64,000 nt of DNA from Microcoleus sp. (GTDB taxonomy: Bacteria; Cyanobacteriota; Cyanobacteriia; Cyanobacteriales; Microcoleaceae): contig JAYFMW010000020.1 in the NCBI GenBank assembly GCA_042408215.1, forward strand, positions 512,001-576,000, written 5' to 3'. The notes beneath the pieces were generated by a model. That model had not been told where the DNA came from. It saw nothing but the letters and a program-made list of their open reading frames with translations, and made no database searches. Within the stretch, counting starts at the first letter, position 1, and each line of letters opens with the position of its first letter. This document shows, piece by piece, positions 10,233 to 20,881 of this stretch. The position numbers and the translations under genes were made by a program.

Positions 10233-11138
10233 ATGTTACTCAACCGCTTAATTCAACAGTTTTCTTCGATAACTTTCAGATTTTCTAATTCCCAAATTTG
10301 GCTGGTTGGAGTTGTTTTGACAATTCTGATTATGCTAATTTTGTTCGTTAAAGTTGCTGAAGCTCAATTGTCACAAACGGTTCAAGCTGAGGAATTAGCA
10401 GCCAGACAATATGTTAGCTGGATGAATAGAACTCAGCAAGCTTACTATGCTGAAAATGCCGAATTCACAAATTCTGTTGCCAATTTAGGTCTTGGCATAA
10501 AATCTGAAACTGCGAATTACAAATACTCAAGTAGTACAGAAAATAAAGCTGTATTTAATTATGGAGTTTCGCAGAACGCTAATTTTAAAAGTTTTGTGGG
10601 AGGAGTTTTTTTAATAGAAAATACCACCCAAAAAATCTTGTGTCAAGCTAACACTGCTAGCACGGCTAAGCCAGCCAATCCTACTAATAATAATGGTACT
10701 TTAGCCTGCGGTGCTAATACGATGGAAGTTTCTCAATTGTCACCAACGGTTAAAGCCTCTGAATCAGATGAAACAGAAGGAAAACAATATGTTGGCTCAA
10801 TGAATAAAGCTCAGCAAGCTTACTATGCTGAGAATGGTGAATTTACAAATTCCGTTCCCAATTTAGGTCTTGGTATTAGATCTGAAACTGCGAATTACAA
10901 ATACTCAATTAGTACGGAAAACCAAGCTGTATTTAACTACGGACTATCGAAGCAAGGTAAGCTCAAAAGTTTTGTCGGAGGAGTTTTTTTAATAGGAGAC
11001 GCTACCACAGAAATCACAACAGTCAGAATCCTGTGTCAAACTAAAACTAATGGTGCTAGTACGACTAAACCGACTAATCCTACTAATAAAAATGGGGTTT
11101 TAGCTTGCGGTGCTAATACGCTAGAAGTTGCTCGATAA
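10233..11138 (+). CDS. type IV pilin-like G/H family protein with two tandem pilin domains
   Basis: N-terminal TM, then two copies of YVxxMNxxQQAYYAEN...LGLGI.SETANYKY...KSFVGGV...C...C. Confidence 0.85.
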   Translation: MLLNRLIQQFSSITFRFSNSQIWLVGVVLTILIMLILFVKVAEAQLSQTVQAEELAARQYVSWMNRTQQAYYAENAEFTNSVANLGLGIKSETANYKYSSSTENKAVFNYGVSQNANFKSFVGGVFLIENTTQKILCQANTASTAKPANPTNNNGTLACGANTMEVSQLSPTVKASESDETEGKQYVGSMNKAQQAYYAENGEFTNSVPNLGLGIRSETANYKYSISTENQAVFNYGLSKQGKLKSFVGGVFLIGDATTEITTVRILCQTKTNGASTTKPTNPTNKNGVLACGANTLEVAR

Positions 11139-11176
11139 ATCCTGTCTGATTTTTCAGCACATTCTTAGGGTGCGTC

Positions 11177-11389
11177 CATTGGTGACAACTTAACGTCAAA
11201 CCTTAAGTCTTTCTTGTTTGTATCGAAGCCTAGACCTCCCTAACCCCCAAAACATCGGGGGGACAAGATTCTTCTCAAAGTCAACCCCTACTCATACCCT
11301 ACTCCCTTATTAATGGGGATTTAGGCGGTATCGAGACTCAACTAAAAGCGACATTTCTTATAGGTTCCAGTCTTAAGTTGTCACTAATA
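11177..11389 (+). mobile_element. MITE with CATTGGTG(A/T)CAACTTAA terminal inverted repeats, copy 1
   Basis: TIRs CATTGGTGACAACTTAA / TTAAGTTGTCACTAATA. 9-bp direct flanks GGGTGCGTC. Interior shared with the copies at 54175 and 56256. Confidence 0.85.
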
Positions 11390-11464
11390 GGGTGCGTCAG
11401 AGAAAAAAAATTGCTGAAATCGAAATAATCAATGTCTGACGCACCCTACAAGTCTCGATAAATC

Positions 11465-12283
11465 ATGTTTAATTTCTTCGACTACTGGATAGTAAATGCA
11501 GATTTAGCTAAGCAATTTCTGGAACAAGTAGCTATTTTGCTAGATGCTCGCGCACCTATTTTTAAGTGGTTTTGTCCCTGGGAGAAAGCTGTTTCTGTAA
11601 CTTGGCAGGATTTTTCTATATCGCACTTTTCCCACAAGGGAAAACTCATCGAAAATGACACAGTTTTAACAGCCAAACTCCGAGCAATTGATATTTGTCA
11701 AGACCCACCTGTCATAGTCGTTGCTGATGCTGTTAAAGGGTGGGGAGAAGATGGGCGAATTGTCTGGATGTTGCGGACTTTGGGACAGGAAAAATCTGTT
11801 TTTGTAGATGGAGGATATGGAGCTTTAATCAAAGCTGGATATCCTCAAGTAAAAGCTGCAAACAATCCACCGCAAACCGGAGATTTTTTCATATATAGTC
11901 GCCGGAATTGGGAAGTTCAGCGGGATGAATTGAAAGGGATTTTAGGAGATGATAATTTAGTAATTATCGACGCTAGAACACCGCGAGAATATGCGGTAAA
12001 AACTCCTTATGGAGAAAAGCGTGGCGGTCATATTCCCGGTGCTGTTCACATCTACTACAAGCAGTTAATGGACAAACAAGGACAACTGCTTTGTCGCGAC
12101 GAAATTGTCGCTATTTTACAGCATAAAGGAGTTTCGCTGTCAAGTCAAATTTTGAGTTCTTGTACTGGGGGAATTCGCTCTGCATGGTTGATTTCAGTCT
12201 TGACAAATTTTGGATTTTATGCTAAGAATTATGCAGGTTCGATGTGGGAATGGTCGGCTTCGCCGGCAGATAGCTATCCTTGA
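11465..12283 (+). CDS. tandem rhodanese sulfurtransferase
   Basis: LLDAR, GWGEDGRIVW, IIDARTPREY, GGHIPGA, active-site CTGGIRS, NYAGSMWEWS. Confidence 0.88.
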   Translation: MFNFFDYWIVNADLAKQFLEQVAILLDARAPIFKWFCPWEKAVSVTWQDFSISHFSHKGKLIENDTVLTAKLRAIDICQDPPVIVVADAVKGWGEDGRIVWMLRTLGQEKSVFVDGGYGALIKAGYPQVKAANNPPQTGDFFIYSRRNWEVQRDELKGILGDDNLVIIDARTPREYAVKTPYGEKRGGHIPGAVHIYYKQLMDKQGQLLCRDEIVAILQHKGVSLSSQILSSCTGGIRSAWLISVLTNFGFYAKNYAGSMWEWSASPADSYP

Positions 12284-12406
12284 GAAAAAATAAAAATAGG
12301 ACTTACGAAGAACATCTAAATGTAGTAGGGTGCGCAGTGCGCACCTTACCAGATCGAACAAAGTTCAATCCAACCTATTAACTACAAACAATCAAGGTTG
12401 AGTATT

Positions 12407-12760
12407 TCAACCGACTTGTTCTAGATACTGAGCCAAATCATCTCGCAGGCGGCTGAGTTCGGCTTCGGTGGTCACGCGCACCCGATCGTCCCGCACAGTA
12501 ATCAGCACTTTCGCAGCAAAGGGAGTCGGCCAGATATTCGGGTTGCAGAAGACTTCAAAAAATACCTCTCCTGCATAGCGGTATTCCATCGGTTTCTGGG
12601 GAGAGGCTTTGCCGCCAGCAGTTTTGGCCGCTACTGCTTTGAGACTTTCCATCAAAAGACCGATCGCACTTTGCAAATCCCGCGCAGCTTGGGGGGAAAA
12701 GCTAAAGGAGACAGAACCTTCGACTAAATTCAGCGTAAATTGAGCAACAGACATAAGCAA
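12407..12760 (-). CDS. conserved cyanobacterial hypothetical protein
   Basis: 117-aa ORF with FFEVFCNPNIWPTPFAAKVL motif. Confidence 0.7.
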   Translation of the reverse strand: MLMSVAQFTLNLVEGSVSFSFSPQAARDLQSAIGLLMESLKAVAAKTAGGKASPQKPMEYRYAGEVFFEVFCNPNIWPTPFAAKVLITVRDDRVRVTTEAELSRLRDDLAQYLEQVG

Positions 12761-12967
12761 TCAAATTTAACAGACGTTAATGCTAAAAGATACAATAACT
12801 CAAAGGAAGTACATTACAACTAAATTGGGCTGCAAGAATCAAATTAATTATAAATAATCTCAAGAAGCTAGGCAAAATTAATGAAGATTAATCTAGCCGT
12901 AAGCTAGAGTCCGCAAGACTTTTAACCTTTTATTACTCGATCGGCTTTAAACTAGAAACTAGAAAAT

Positions 12968-13912
12968 TTGATGTCCGATTCAGGAGATTCTATGGTGGCT
13001 GATAACCGTTCCGAAATCCGCAAGGTCTTAATCATTACCTTATTGCTAAATTTGCTGGTGATGGTAATTAAAGCAGTCGTGGGTTGGCTGACAGGTTCTC
13101 TTAGTTTGTTAGCAGATGCCTTGCACAGTGTCACGGACAGCGCTAATAATATTTTAGGATTGGTTACTAATCATTATGCCAATCCGCAGCCCGATCGCGA
13201 TCATCCCTATGGACATCATAAATTTGACGCGATCGGAGCTCTGGGAATTGCTGTTTTTTTGGGAATTGCCTGTTTTGAAATTCTCAGCGGCGCTGTTGAA
13301 AGGTTGCTCAAAGGTGGCACAGTTGTCAAAATATCCGCAAATGAACTATGGATTTTGCTGATTGTACTGGGGATCAATATTTTTGTCACTTTTTACGAGC
13401 GCAGGGCTGGGAAACGCCTTGGTAGCGCTATTTTGGTGGCTGACGCTCAACACACGATGAGCGATGTTTGGGTGACAATTATGGTAATTGCTGGGTTGAT
13501 TGGTGTTTGGCAAGGGGAGGTTTGGAATATACCTCAACTGCAATCCCTGGATGTGTTTTTGTCTTTTCCTGTAGCTGTTTTGGTGTTTCACAGCGGTTGG
13601 AAGGTTTTAACGGAAAATCTGCCTTGGTTGGTGGATGAAATGGCGATCGCACCGGAGATTATTCACGCGATCGCGATCGATGTACCGGGGGTTGTCAACT
13701 GTCACTCGATCGCCTCTCGTGGCGTTGTCGGGCGTCAGGTGTTTATTGATATGCACCTGATTGTCGATGCGGCTGATGTAGAAACGGCTCACCGGATTAC
13801 AGAAGAAGTGGAAGCCCGCTTGGAAGAACGTTTCAGCCCTGTACGAATCTTAATTCACGTTGAGCCTCCCGCCTACCAGAGCGATCTAATTAGCTATGAT
13901 GCTGAAAAATGA
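12968..13912 (+). CDS. cation diffusion facilitator (CDF) transporter
   Basis: SLSLLADALHSVTD, PDRDHPYGH, ADAQHTMSD, C-terminal IHVEP. True start may be 12971 or 12992. Confidence 0.93.
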   Translation: MMSDSGDSMVADNRSEIRKVLIITLLLNLLVMVIKAVVGWLTGSLSLLADALHSVTDSANNILGLVTNHYANPQPDRDHPYGHHKFDAIGALGIAVFLGIACFEILSGAVERLLKGGTVVKISANELWILLIVLGINIFVTFYERRAGKRLGSAILVADAQHTMSDVWVTIMVIAGLIGVWQGEVWNIPQLQSLDVFLSFPVAVLVFHSGWKVLTENLPWLVDEMAIAPEIIHAIAIDVPGVVNCHSIASRGVVGRQVFIDMHLIVDAADVETAHRITEEVEARLEERFSPVRILIHVEPPAYQSDLISYDAEK

Positions 13913-14005
13913 AGGAAGAAGGAAGTTCGGCAACGGATTCTGTAACGGATGTAACGGATGTAACGAATAGAATGAAAAAGGAAGATCGGAAGATGGAAGA
14001 TGGAA
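13911..14005 (+). repeat. dispersed repeat with (AACGGATGT)n core
   Basis: GAAGGAAGTTCGGCAACGGATTCTGTAACGGATGTAACGGATG. The reverse complement occurs at 43060-43158. Confidence 0.85.
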
Positions 14006-14222
14006 AAATGTGAGCTAAACAGCAGCTTGAAGGAAGAATCGGGAAAGTATTTTTACTTACCGCTCCTCGAAATCTTTAAATGGTATGAATGGTGTTGAGA
14101 TGTTATTTAAAGAAACTCGCACCTAATTCAGTTGTACTTTTCCACAGGAAAATGTGAGTTTTCCACAGAAATTGCCAAGTTTTCCACAATAGATCGATCG
14201 GCTGTCGTCGATTTCTGTCTTT

Positions 14223-14678
14223 CTATTTGTATAAATTCCAAGTATTTTGGATTTCTCTGGCCATTTCCCGCCGCCAGTGCCAAGGTAGTAGAATTTCTAC
14301 TTTTGAACCGAGAGCTCGCAACCACCTCAATGGGTAGTAGTCTGTATTTCGATAATACAGTTGGTAGTAGGCATCGGTGGTTGGGTGTGACTGGAGAATT
14401 TCTAAAAGAGCTGATCGCTCTTCTGGATTGGGGGTGTATTGTGTGATTAATCTGGCGGCGCGATCGTACTCTATGGCGGTAAAAGTATTGTGGATGCTGA
14501 TTCCGAGCAGGTAGGATTGAGCAAAAGTGCGATCGAACCGCAGTACCATCAGTGCTGCTTCCTTATAAAAATCACAGCCCCAAGCTTCTTTTAACTTGTG
14601 TTTTAGTTTACAAAGTTTCTCACCTTTACGGTGCTGTTGGAGTTTTCGATCCGAAATTGGGAAAATATGTAATTGCAA
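14223..14678 (-). pseudogene. C-terminal fragment of a CRISPR-associated WYL-type regulator (TIGR03985-like)
   Basis: EAWGCDFY...LRF and RWLRALGSKVEILLP..R motifs of the WYL C-terminal region. Only 151 aa, divergent from cas10 with a 76-bp gap, so there is no room for the N-terminus. Confidence 0.7.
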
Positions 14679-14754
14679 TTACTCACAATCCAGAGTATAA
14701 TTTGGGTGACTTAGTTGATTGATGGTTTGCTAGGTAATAGAGGAAGTTTCAGAT

Positions 14755-17079
14755 ATGACATCACAAGCAGTTGCTCTCCAAGTTATTCAGCAAGCTATCT
14801 GCGCTTTAGCCGATTGGGCTAATAACGCGAAATTACCCGATGGATGTCAGTTTTCAACAGAACATCCAGCCGTGACTAAAGCGAAAGAATTATTGTCATG
14901 GCACAATCCGAACATAAGTTACTTGGCGTTGTTATTTGATGCTGTCAAATTGTCAGAGGGTAACGAACGAAATCAGCCCCACTATTGTCCGGCGAACGCG
15001 ATCGAAGCTAAGGATGATTGTTATCCGTCTATTCCTTATCCATTGACAGAACCTCCAGATTTAGAAGAGTATAAAAAAAATGTCAAACAAGAGTTAGAAA
15101 ATCTTCGGAAACAAGACTGGGAAAACTTATCACTGCTAACTCTGATTTTAGAGAAGTATGGTTCTTGTCTCAGCTTTTGCGAGCGGGATATTGCTTTGAT
15201 AGATATGGCGCGATCGACTGCTGCGGTAGCATCTGCTTTGGTTTACAATCCTGATGCAAACGAGATCGGTTTAATTGCCGGCGATTTATCGGGAATTCAA
15301 AAGTTTATTTACACCATTGCTTCTGACGGTGCGCTGAAATCTCTCCGCGCTAGAAGTTTTTATCTGGAATTAGTCACAGAAGAAATTGTTCAGCAGCTTT
15401 TAGAAGAGTTAAAGTTACCTCGTACTAATGTTATTTATGCGGGTGGCGGTAACTTATATTTGTTAGCCGCTGCTACTCAAGACACAAAACTTGTTTTAAA
15501 CAAAGTTCAGAGAGAATTCAACAAATGGTTACTAGGAAACTTTCAGGGCAAAGTCTTTTTGGCTCTAGACTACACTACATTTCCAGTTAAAGATGTCAAT
15601 CAAAGAGAATTTGCTAATCACTGGTCAACAGTTACGAAAAAAATTACTCCCCAGAAATCTCGGAAGTTTGCTGAGGAGATAAACTATTTTACCCGCCGGC
15701 TTCGTAGCTATGACAAGTGCCAAGTTTGTCATCGAGATGATGTGAAGAGTTTGGAAAATTTAAATACAGATCAACCTGATTCGGTACAGGCTTGTTCAAC
15801 TTGTCGCCGGATGTTTCGCTTGGGTGGTAAACTATTTAAAGTTGAGGCTATTGTGCGACAGAAAAAAAGGCATCCACCTCAACAAAAAGTCTCAAATGCT
15901 TTTAGGATTTCATTTCCTAAAGCTTACTATTACCTTCTAGCTGAGCGGGGACAGATAGATGAAGTTAAGGGGGAGAAAAATGTTTTTTTTATCAACAATT
16001 GGAATCTCCAAAAATATCGAGATGCTGAAACTAAAAATATAGTTCCGTTACTTTTAGGAAATTATGGTCAGCGCAGCCAAGAAGAATCGGGTTTCATCCG
16101 AGCAGGTGAAATGGCAGAGAAAGCCAAGGAAGTAGGAGCGATTCCTAGAGTTGGTTACTTGCGGATGGATGTAGACAGACTGGGTAAAATTTTTGCTAAG
16201 GGTTTGGGTGAAAATCAAACCTTGCCGAGATTGGCTGGACTTTCTCGCCAAATGAGTTACTTCTTTAAAGTTTATCTCAACAGTTTGGCAAAAAACCGTC
16301 TAGCTAATCTCGCCGATAGTGCTATTGTTTTAAACAACGAGGTACGACAGAATTTATTATTTATTTATGCAGGAGGTGACGATTTATTTGTCAGCGGTGC
16401 TTGGAATGAAATTGTTGATTTTGCTTTTGATGTTTATCAAAGTTTTCGCGCTTATACAGGCAATAACCCAGATATTACTTTGTCGGGTGGCATTAGTATC
16501 GAAAAAGCAAAGTTTCCACTATATCAAGCTGCCAAGTTAGCAGAGAAAGCTGAGGAGGATGCTAAAGATAATGGTCGCGACAGTTTCGGATTATTTGATG
16601 ACAAAGTGTTCAAGTGGAGCCAGTGGTTAGGAGCAAGAGATATTAAACTAGCAGATATCGAAGAGATTGACTCTAAAACTCAAGAATATTTGGGGACAGA
16701 GGGAACGCTGAGTTTATTTGGTGTCTGGCCTTTTGTCGAAAAGTTCCTAGAGCAATTGGAGGAAAGTTCCTCTCGCAGTTTTGTACGGAATCTTTTACTA
16801 ACATCTCAAATGCAAGAGCAAATGATTGAGGAGATACAAACTAAAAGGAGAAAAGTTGATTATGAAAATGAGGAGCAAGATATTCAATATTATTTGCACC
16901 TACCTCAAATAGCTTACACCATAGCGCGATTGCCTGAAGAGGTTCGGAAAAGTGATGAATTTAAACCTGTACGAAAATCTCTGATGAGTCCGTACAATGC
17001 ACCTTATTTCGGAGCGATCGCAACTTGGATTGAACTACTCAACCGCGCTAAAAACGATAACGATGACAAATCTACCTAA
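14755..17079 (+). CDS. cas10: type III-A Cas10/Csm1
   Basis: GDLSGIQKFIY, LRARSFYL, Zn-finger CQVC/CSTC, MDVDRLG and intact YAGGDD. No N-terminal HD motif seen. Confidence 0.96.
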   Translation: MTSQAVALQVIQQAICALADWANNAKLPDGCQFSTEHPAVTKAKELLSWHNPNISYLALLFDAVKLSEGNERNQPHYCPANAIEAKDDCYPSIPYPLTEPPDLEEYKKNVKQELENLRKQDWENLSLLTLILEKYGSCLSFCERDIALIDMARSTAAVASALVYNPDANEIGLIAGDLSGIQKFIYTIASDGALKSLRARSFYLELVTEEIVQQLLEELKLPRTNVIYAGGGNLYLLAAATQDTKLVLNKVQREFNKWLLGNFQGKVFLALDYTTFPVKDVNQREFANHWSTVTKKITPQKSRKFAEEINYFTRRLRSYDKCQVCHRDDVKSLENLNTDQPDSVQACSTCRRMFRLGGKLFKVEAIVRQKKRHPPQQKVSNAFRISFPKAYYYLLAERGQIDEVKGEKNVFFINNWNLQKYRDAETKNIVPLLLGNYGQRSQEESGFIRAGEMAEKAKEVGAIPRVGYLRMDVDRLGKIFAKGLGENQTLPRLAGLSRQMSYFFKVYLNSLAKNRLANLADSAIVLNNEVRQNLLFIYAGGDDLFVSGAWNEIVDFAFDVYQSFRAYTGNNPDITLSGGISIEKAKFPLYQAAKLAEKAEEDAKDNGRDSFGLFDDKVFKWSQWLGARDIKLADIEEIDSKTQEYLGTEGTLSLFGVWPFVEKFLEQLEESSSRSFVRNLLLTSQMQEQMIEEIQTKRRKVDYENEEQDIQYYLHLPQIAYTIARLPEEVRKSDEFKPVRKSLMSPYNAPYFGAIATWIELLNRAKNDNDDKST

Positions 17080-17530
17080 TAAAATTATCAAAAGTCAAAT
17101 GAGTTTGACAGCAGACCAACAAATGATCCAAACTATCCGCAGTTTAAAGGATGGGCTTTTGCGAAATTACGAAATTCGCCAATTGGTTAAGGAGGCAGAG
17201 TTACTAGGTACATATCTCAAGGAGCAAGGATTAAAAACCAACCAAATTCGCAAGTTTTTGGAGGCTGTTAAACGTCTGAAAGTCAAACTTGCTCAAGATA
17301 AAGAAGAGAGTTTTTCTGTCATTGAGGATGAGCTGTTTTTACTAAAACCAAAGTTAGCTTATGCTGCGGTTCGGCAACAAGATCGTGGCAGCAATCCTGT
17401 TAAGCCGCTGAGTGACGTGATTTCAGAAGCGATCGACAAAGTTGAAGACTCACCAGATTTCTATCGCCTGGTTCAATTAATTGAATCTATCATTGCTTAC
17501 CATAAAGCTGCCGGAGGAAAAGATAATTAA
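17063..17530 (+). CDS. csm2: type III-A small subunit Csm2 (Cas11)
   Basis: KTNQIRKF, LKPKLAYA, ESIIAYHK. Start placed at the ATG overlapping the cas10 end. Confidence 0.93.
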   Translation: MTNLPNKIIKSQMSLTADQQMIQTIRSLKDGLLRNYEIRQLVKEAELLGTYLKEQGLKTNQIRKFLEAVKRLKVKLAQDKEESFSVIEDELFLLKPKLAYAAVRQQDRGSNPVKPLSDVISEAIDKVEDSPDFYRLVQLIESIIAYHKAAGGKDN

Positions 17531-17532
17531 TC

Positions 17533-18528
17533 ATGCTACAACACAAACAACTACTTGGTAAATTTCGACTGGAAAGCACCTTGCTATTAGAGACAGGAAT
17601 GCACATTGGTGGTGGTGGAGAAAAACTCGACATTGGCGGTCTAGATAAAGCCGTTGTCCGTGACCCTATTACCCAGTTTCCATACCTTCCCGGTTCTTCA
17701 ATTAAAGGCAAATTGCGCTCTATTTTGGAGCGGTTTCACAATAAACCTTTGAATCGAGCTGGAGGGAGCGGTACTTATCGTTATGAAAGCGACGATCTGG
17801 TGGATGGATACAGTGAAATTAACGGAATGCAGATTTGTTATCAAGGTGCGCTGACTTGTCCTATTAGTCGGTTGTTTGGCTCTACTGGCGGCTCTAATTT
17901 TTGGGTTGAAACTTCACAGGCACAAGAAGCGGAAGGTTTGGAGCGAGTAAAAAGCAAGGATATTTTTGTTACTCGCACTATAAATGGTGTGGAACATAGC
18001 CAGGTGAAAAAAGGTCGCAATTCTCCGGCACGGTTAATTGTACGCGATTGTCATCTCATTCCTGAATCTGCTGAGCAACTTAAGCGGGTAGACACCGGAC
18101 TTTACATGACTGAGTGGAAATTTGAGAACGGTATCGATCGCATAACGGCTGCTGCTAATCCCCGCCAAGTTGAACGAGTTCCGAGAGGTGCAAAATTCAA
18201 GTTTGAGTTAGTTTATACTGTCGAAGCTGATGGCGATCGCGCAGATGTCACTCAAGCTGTAGAGGATTTGCAGAATATCGCGATCGGGCTTTCCCTCCTC
18301 GAAGATGATGCTTTGGGTGGACATGGATCGCGGGGTTACGGCCAAGTCCGGTTTGAAAAATTCAAGTGTTTCTGGCGCGACTTGGAGCAATATCGACAGA
18401 TAACAGAAGATGGTGTTGACTTTCGAGCTCCCATCCTTGAAGCAGATGATACATCAGCACTCCTCAAAAACTTTGGCACGTTGAGTCGCAGCATTCAACA
18501 AAAGAATTTGACAGGAGAAACAAAATGA
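17533..18528 (+). CDS. csm3: type III-A Csm3 (Cas7 RAMP)
   Basis: TGMHIGG, catalytic D in GLDKAVVRDP, PYLPGSSIKGKLRS, KFENGIDR, G-loop LGGHGSRGYG. Confidence 0.95.
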   Translation: MLQHKQLLGKFRLESTLLLETGMHIGGGGEKLDIGGLDKAVVRDPITQFPYLPGSSIKGKLRSILERFHNKPLNRAGGSGTYRYESDDLVDGYSEINGMQICYQGALTCPISRLFGSTGGSNFWVETSQAQEAEGLERVKSKDIFVTRTINGVEHSQVKKGRNSPARLIVRDCHLIPESAEQLKRVDTGLYMTEWKFENGIDRITAAANPRQVERVPRGAKFKFELVYTVEADGDRADVTQAVEDLQNIAIGLSLLEDDALGGHGSRGYGQVRFEKFKCFWRDLEQYRQITEDGVDFRAPILEADDTSALLKNFGTLSRSIQQKNLTGETK

Positions 18529-19592
18529 GCATCTGGAAACTTGTGCGACTGCAATTTTTAGGGACTGCACACTTCGGAGAATCAGGTATTGGGATTGAGG
18601 AAACTAGCGAACGAGTGCGATCGGATACGCTATTTAGTGCGTTGATTACGGTGTATGCTAGGATGTTTGGAACTCAGGCAGTTGCCGAATTGTTGCAACT
18701 ATTTTGCGTGAGGGAAAACCAGCCACCATTTTGCATCAGTTCTACTTTTATATATCAGCAAATAGGAGATAACATCACGTACTATTTGCCTAAACCGCTC
18801 CGATTTCCCTGCAATTACCCCGATGACGATTTGATTTTTTTTAAGACTTACAAGAAGAAACTCAATTACTTGCCTTTGGAAATTTGGCAGCGCTGGTATC
18901 AGGGCGAGGGGTTTGCAGATAGCGACGAACTCGGTACTTATACTAATGAGGGCAAAAGTCAGGGCAACTTAAATCAAGCGAGAGCATTTGCTTACGGAAC
19001 CTGTTACAAAAAGAGACCACTTCCCAAAGTGGCAATAGACAGAGTAACTAGAGGAACAAACTTTTATAACACAGGCATCGTACAATTTCAACAAGATAGC
19101 CAAAGCCATTCAGGCTTATATTTTCTCATCCACTTTCCCTCCGTCAATAAAACGTTGGAACATCAGCTAAAAGCTGTCTTGAAGTGGCTGGGAGATGAAG
19201 GTTTAGGTGGTGAACGTTCTAGCGGAACCGGACAGTTTAAAGCTAAGTGGGATTCTTTATCTCCGACTTGGCAACAAGTAGTAGATTTTAAGGACAACAG
19301 TTACTACACTCTTTTGAGTTTGTTTTGGACAAATGACGAACAAAAACTGAACGAGGCGATCGCAGATGAAAAGGCAAGTTATGAAATTATAGAAAGAGGC
19401 GGTTGGGTATCTTCTTCTCCTTCTGGGTATCAGTTGCGTCGCAAGTCAATTAGAATGTTTGCTGAAGGTTCGGTTTTTTCCTCCGAACCGATCGGCAAAC
19501 TAGCTGATGTCACTCCGTTAGGATTTACGAATCACCCAATTTATCGCAGCGGCATTAGTTTGAGTCTTCCTATCAAAGTCAAGAGTGAATAA
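18525..19592 (+). CDS. csm4: type III-A Csm4 (Cas5 RAMP)
   Basis: HFG, RSDTLFSAL, GLGGERSSGTG, FAEGSVF. Confidence 0.94.
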   Translation: MSIWKLVRLQFLGTAHFGESGIGIEETSERVRSDTLFSALITVYARMFGTQAVAELLQLFCVRENQPPFCISSTFIYQQIGDNITYYLPKPLRFPCNYPDDDLIFFKTYKKKLNYLPLEIWQRWYQGEGFADSDELGTYTNEGKSQGNLNQARAFAYGTCYKKRPLPKVAIDRVTRGTNFYNTGIVQFQQDSQSHSGLYFLIHFPSVNKTLEHQLKAVLKWLGDEGLGGERSSGTGQFKAKWDSLSPTWQQVVDFKDNSYYTLLSLFWTNDEQKLNEAIADEKASYEIIERGGWVSSSPSGYQLRRKSIRMFAEGSVFSSEPIGKLADVTPLGFTNHPIYRSGISLSLPIKVKSE

Positions 19593-19597
19593 ATATC

Positions 19598-20881
19598 ATG
19601 ACTGCTGCTTCTCACCTTGCCATCAAAAAACCTGAAGCTTCCGAATCCAAGCTAATTCAGCTAACAAGTCCTATTTTACATATCGGTTCAGAAGTCTCCC
19701 GGTTGAATCCTTTTGAATACGTCCAGACATCTAAAAGGGTTTATCTCCCCGATCGAGAAGCTTTAGCTAAAGCCTTAAACCAAAAAGGAAAGTTACAGGA
19801 GTATATTCGCCGAATTGAAGATCGAGAAGAAATTACCTCGCTGCTACAATATGCTTTTGGTGACGACTGGCAAACTGAGAAATTTGATAATGAACTCATT
19901 TTTCCTGAAATTGCCGTCAGTCATAAATGGACTGAAAATCCGGTGACAGATTTGCGTCCGATGATTCGCAACGGCATGGGACAATTGTATATTCCCGGCT
20001 CGTCAATTAAGGGGGCAATTAGAACTGCGATCGCCTACCACCTCCTCAAACATGAAAACAAATATCAACTCCCAGAATCGGCCAGCCTTAGTGTCATAGA
20101 AATCAAATTACGAGAAAAACTTGGTAGAGGCGAACTCGCAAATAAACAAAAACAAAAAAAATTAGATGATGAATTATTCATGGATAGTTTATTCACTGAT
20201 TTTGCTCTCTCCTATCAAGGCAAATCTGTCAAAAGCAAAACCGGGCCAAACACGGACTTCATGCGAGCCATTAAAGTCACCGATTCTCAGCCTTTACTAG
20301 TATTTAAAAAAGTCACTAAGCAAGGAAAAAATGTATTTTTTAACTTGCCTATAGTTGCTGAAGTCATTGTCTCCAGCCGCTTCCCAGATTATAAAGCCAA
20401 ATATCGCGCTTCCATTTATGCGGAAATGGTTCGCAACGTGCAGACTAAATTCACCCTCACTCTGGATACGGAAATGCTGCAATGGTTCACTCACAATGAA
20501 GGGATGCAAATACCGTTTAAAAATCTGGATGAACTGCTGAAAATTTGTCAAGAGTTCGCTCAAGAGCAATGGGATGCTGAACATGATTATTGGGAGGATA
20601 TCGAAAATAATCGCTCTCAAGATAAAGACTTAAATTTCAGCTATATCCGCGAATTATACGAGCCAACTGGATGCCCCTATAACTTAAGAGTTGGTTGGGC
20701 AAGCGGAATGTTGGGAACTACGGTTAGTTTATGTCTTGATGATAAATTGGTAGCCGAAATCCGCGATACTTGCGGAATCAAAGCACCGGGTTTTGAAGCA
20801 CCAAAATCGCGGCGGACTGTTGTAGCTGCTGATGGCAATATCAAATATGTACCTGGATGGGTAAAGTTTAAGCCATGCTAA
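19598..20881 (+). CDS. csm5: type III-A Csm5 (RAMP)
   Basis: LHIGS, YIPGSSIKGAIRTA, D.MRAIKVTDS, LRVGWASG, PKSRR, PGWV. Confidence 0.93.
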   Translation: MTAASHLAIKKPEASESKLIQLTSPILHIGSEVSRLNPFEYVQTSKRVYLPDREALAKALNQKGKLQEYIRRIEDREEITSLLQYAFGDDWQTEKFDNELIFPEIAVSHKWTENPVTDLRPMIRNGMGQLYIPGSSIKGAIRTAIAYHLLKHENKYQLPESASLSVIEIKLREKLGRGELANKQKQKKLDDELFMDSLFTDFALSYQGKSVKSKTGPNTDFMRAIKVTDSQPLLVFKKVTKQGKNVFFNLPIVAEVIVSSRFPDYKAKYRASIYAEMVRNVQTKFTLTLDTEMLQWFTHNEGMQIPFKNLDELLKICQEFAQEQWDAEHDYWEDIENNRSQDKDLNFSYIRELYEPTGCPYNLRVGWASGMLGTTVSLCLDDKLVAEIRDTCGIKAPGFEAPKSRRTVVAADGNIKYVPGWVKFKPC

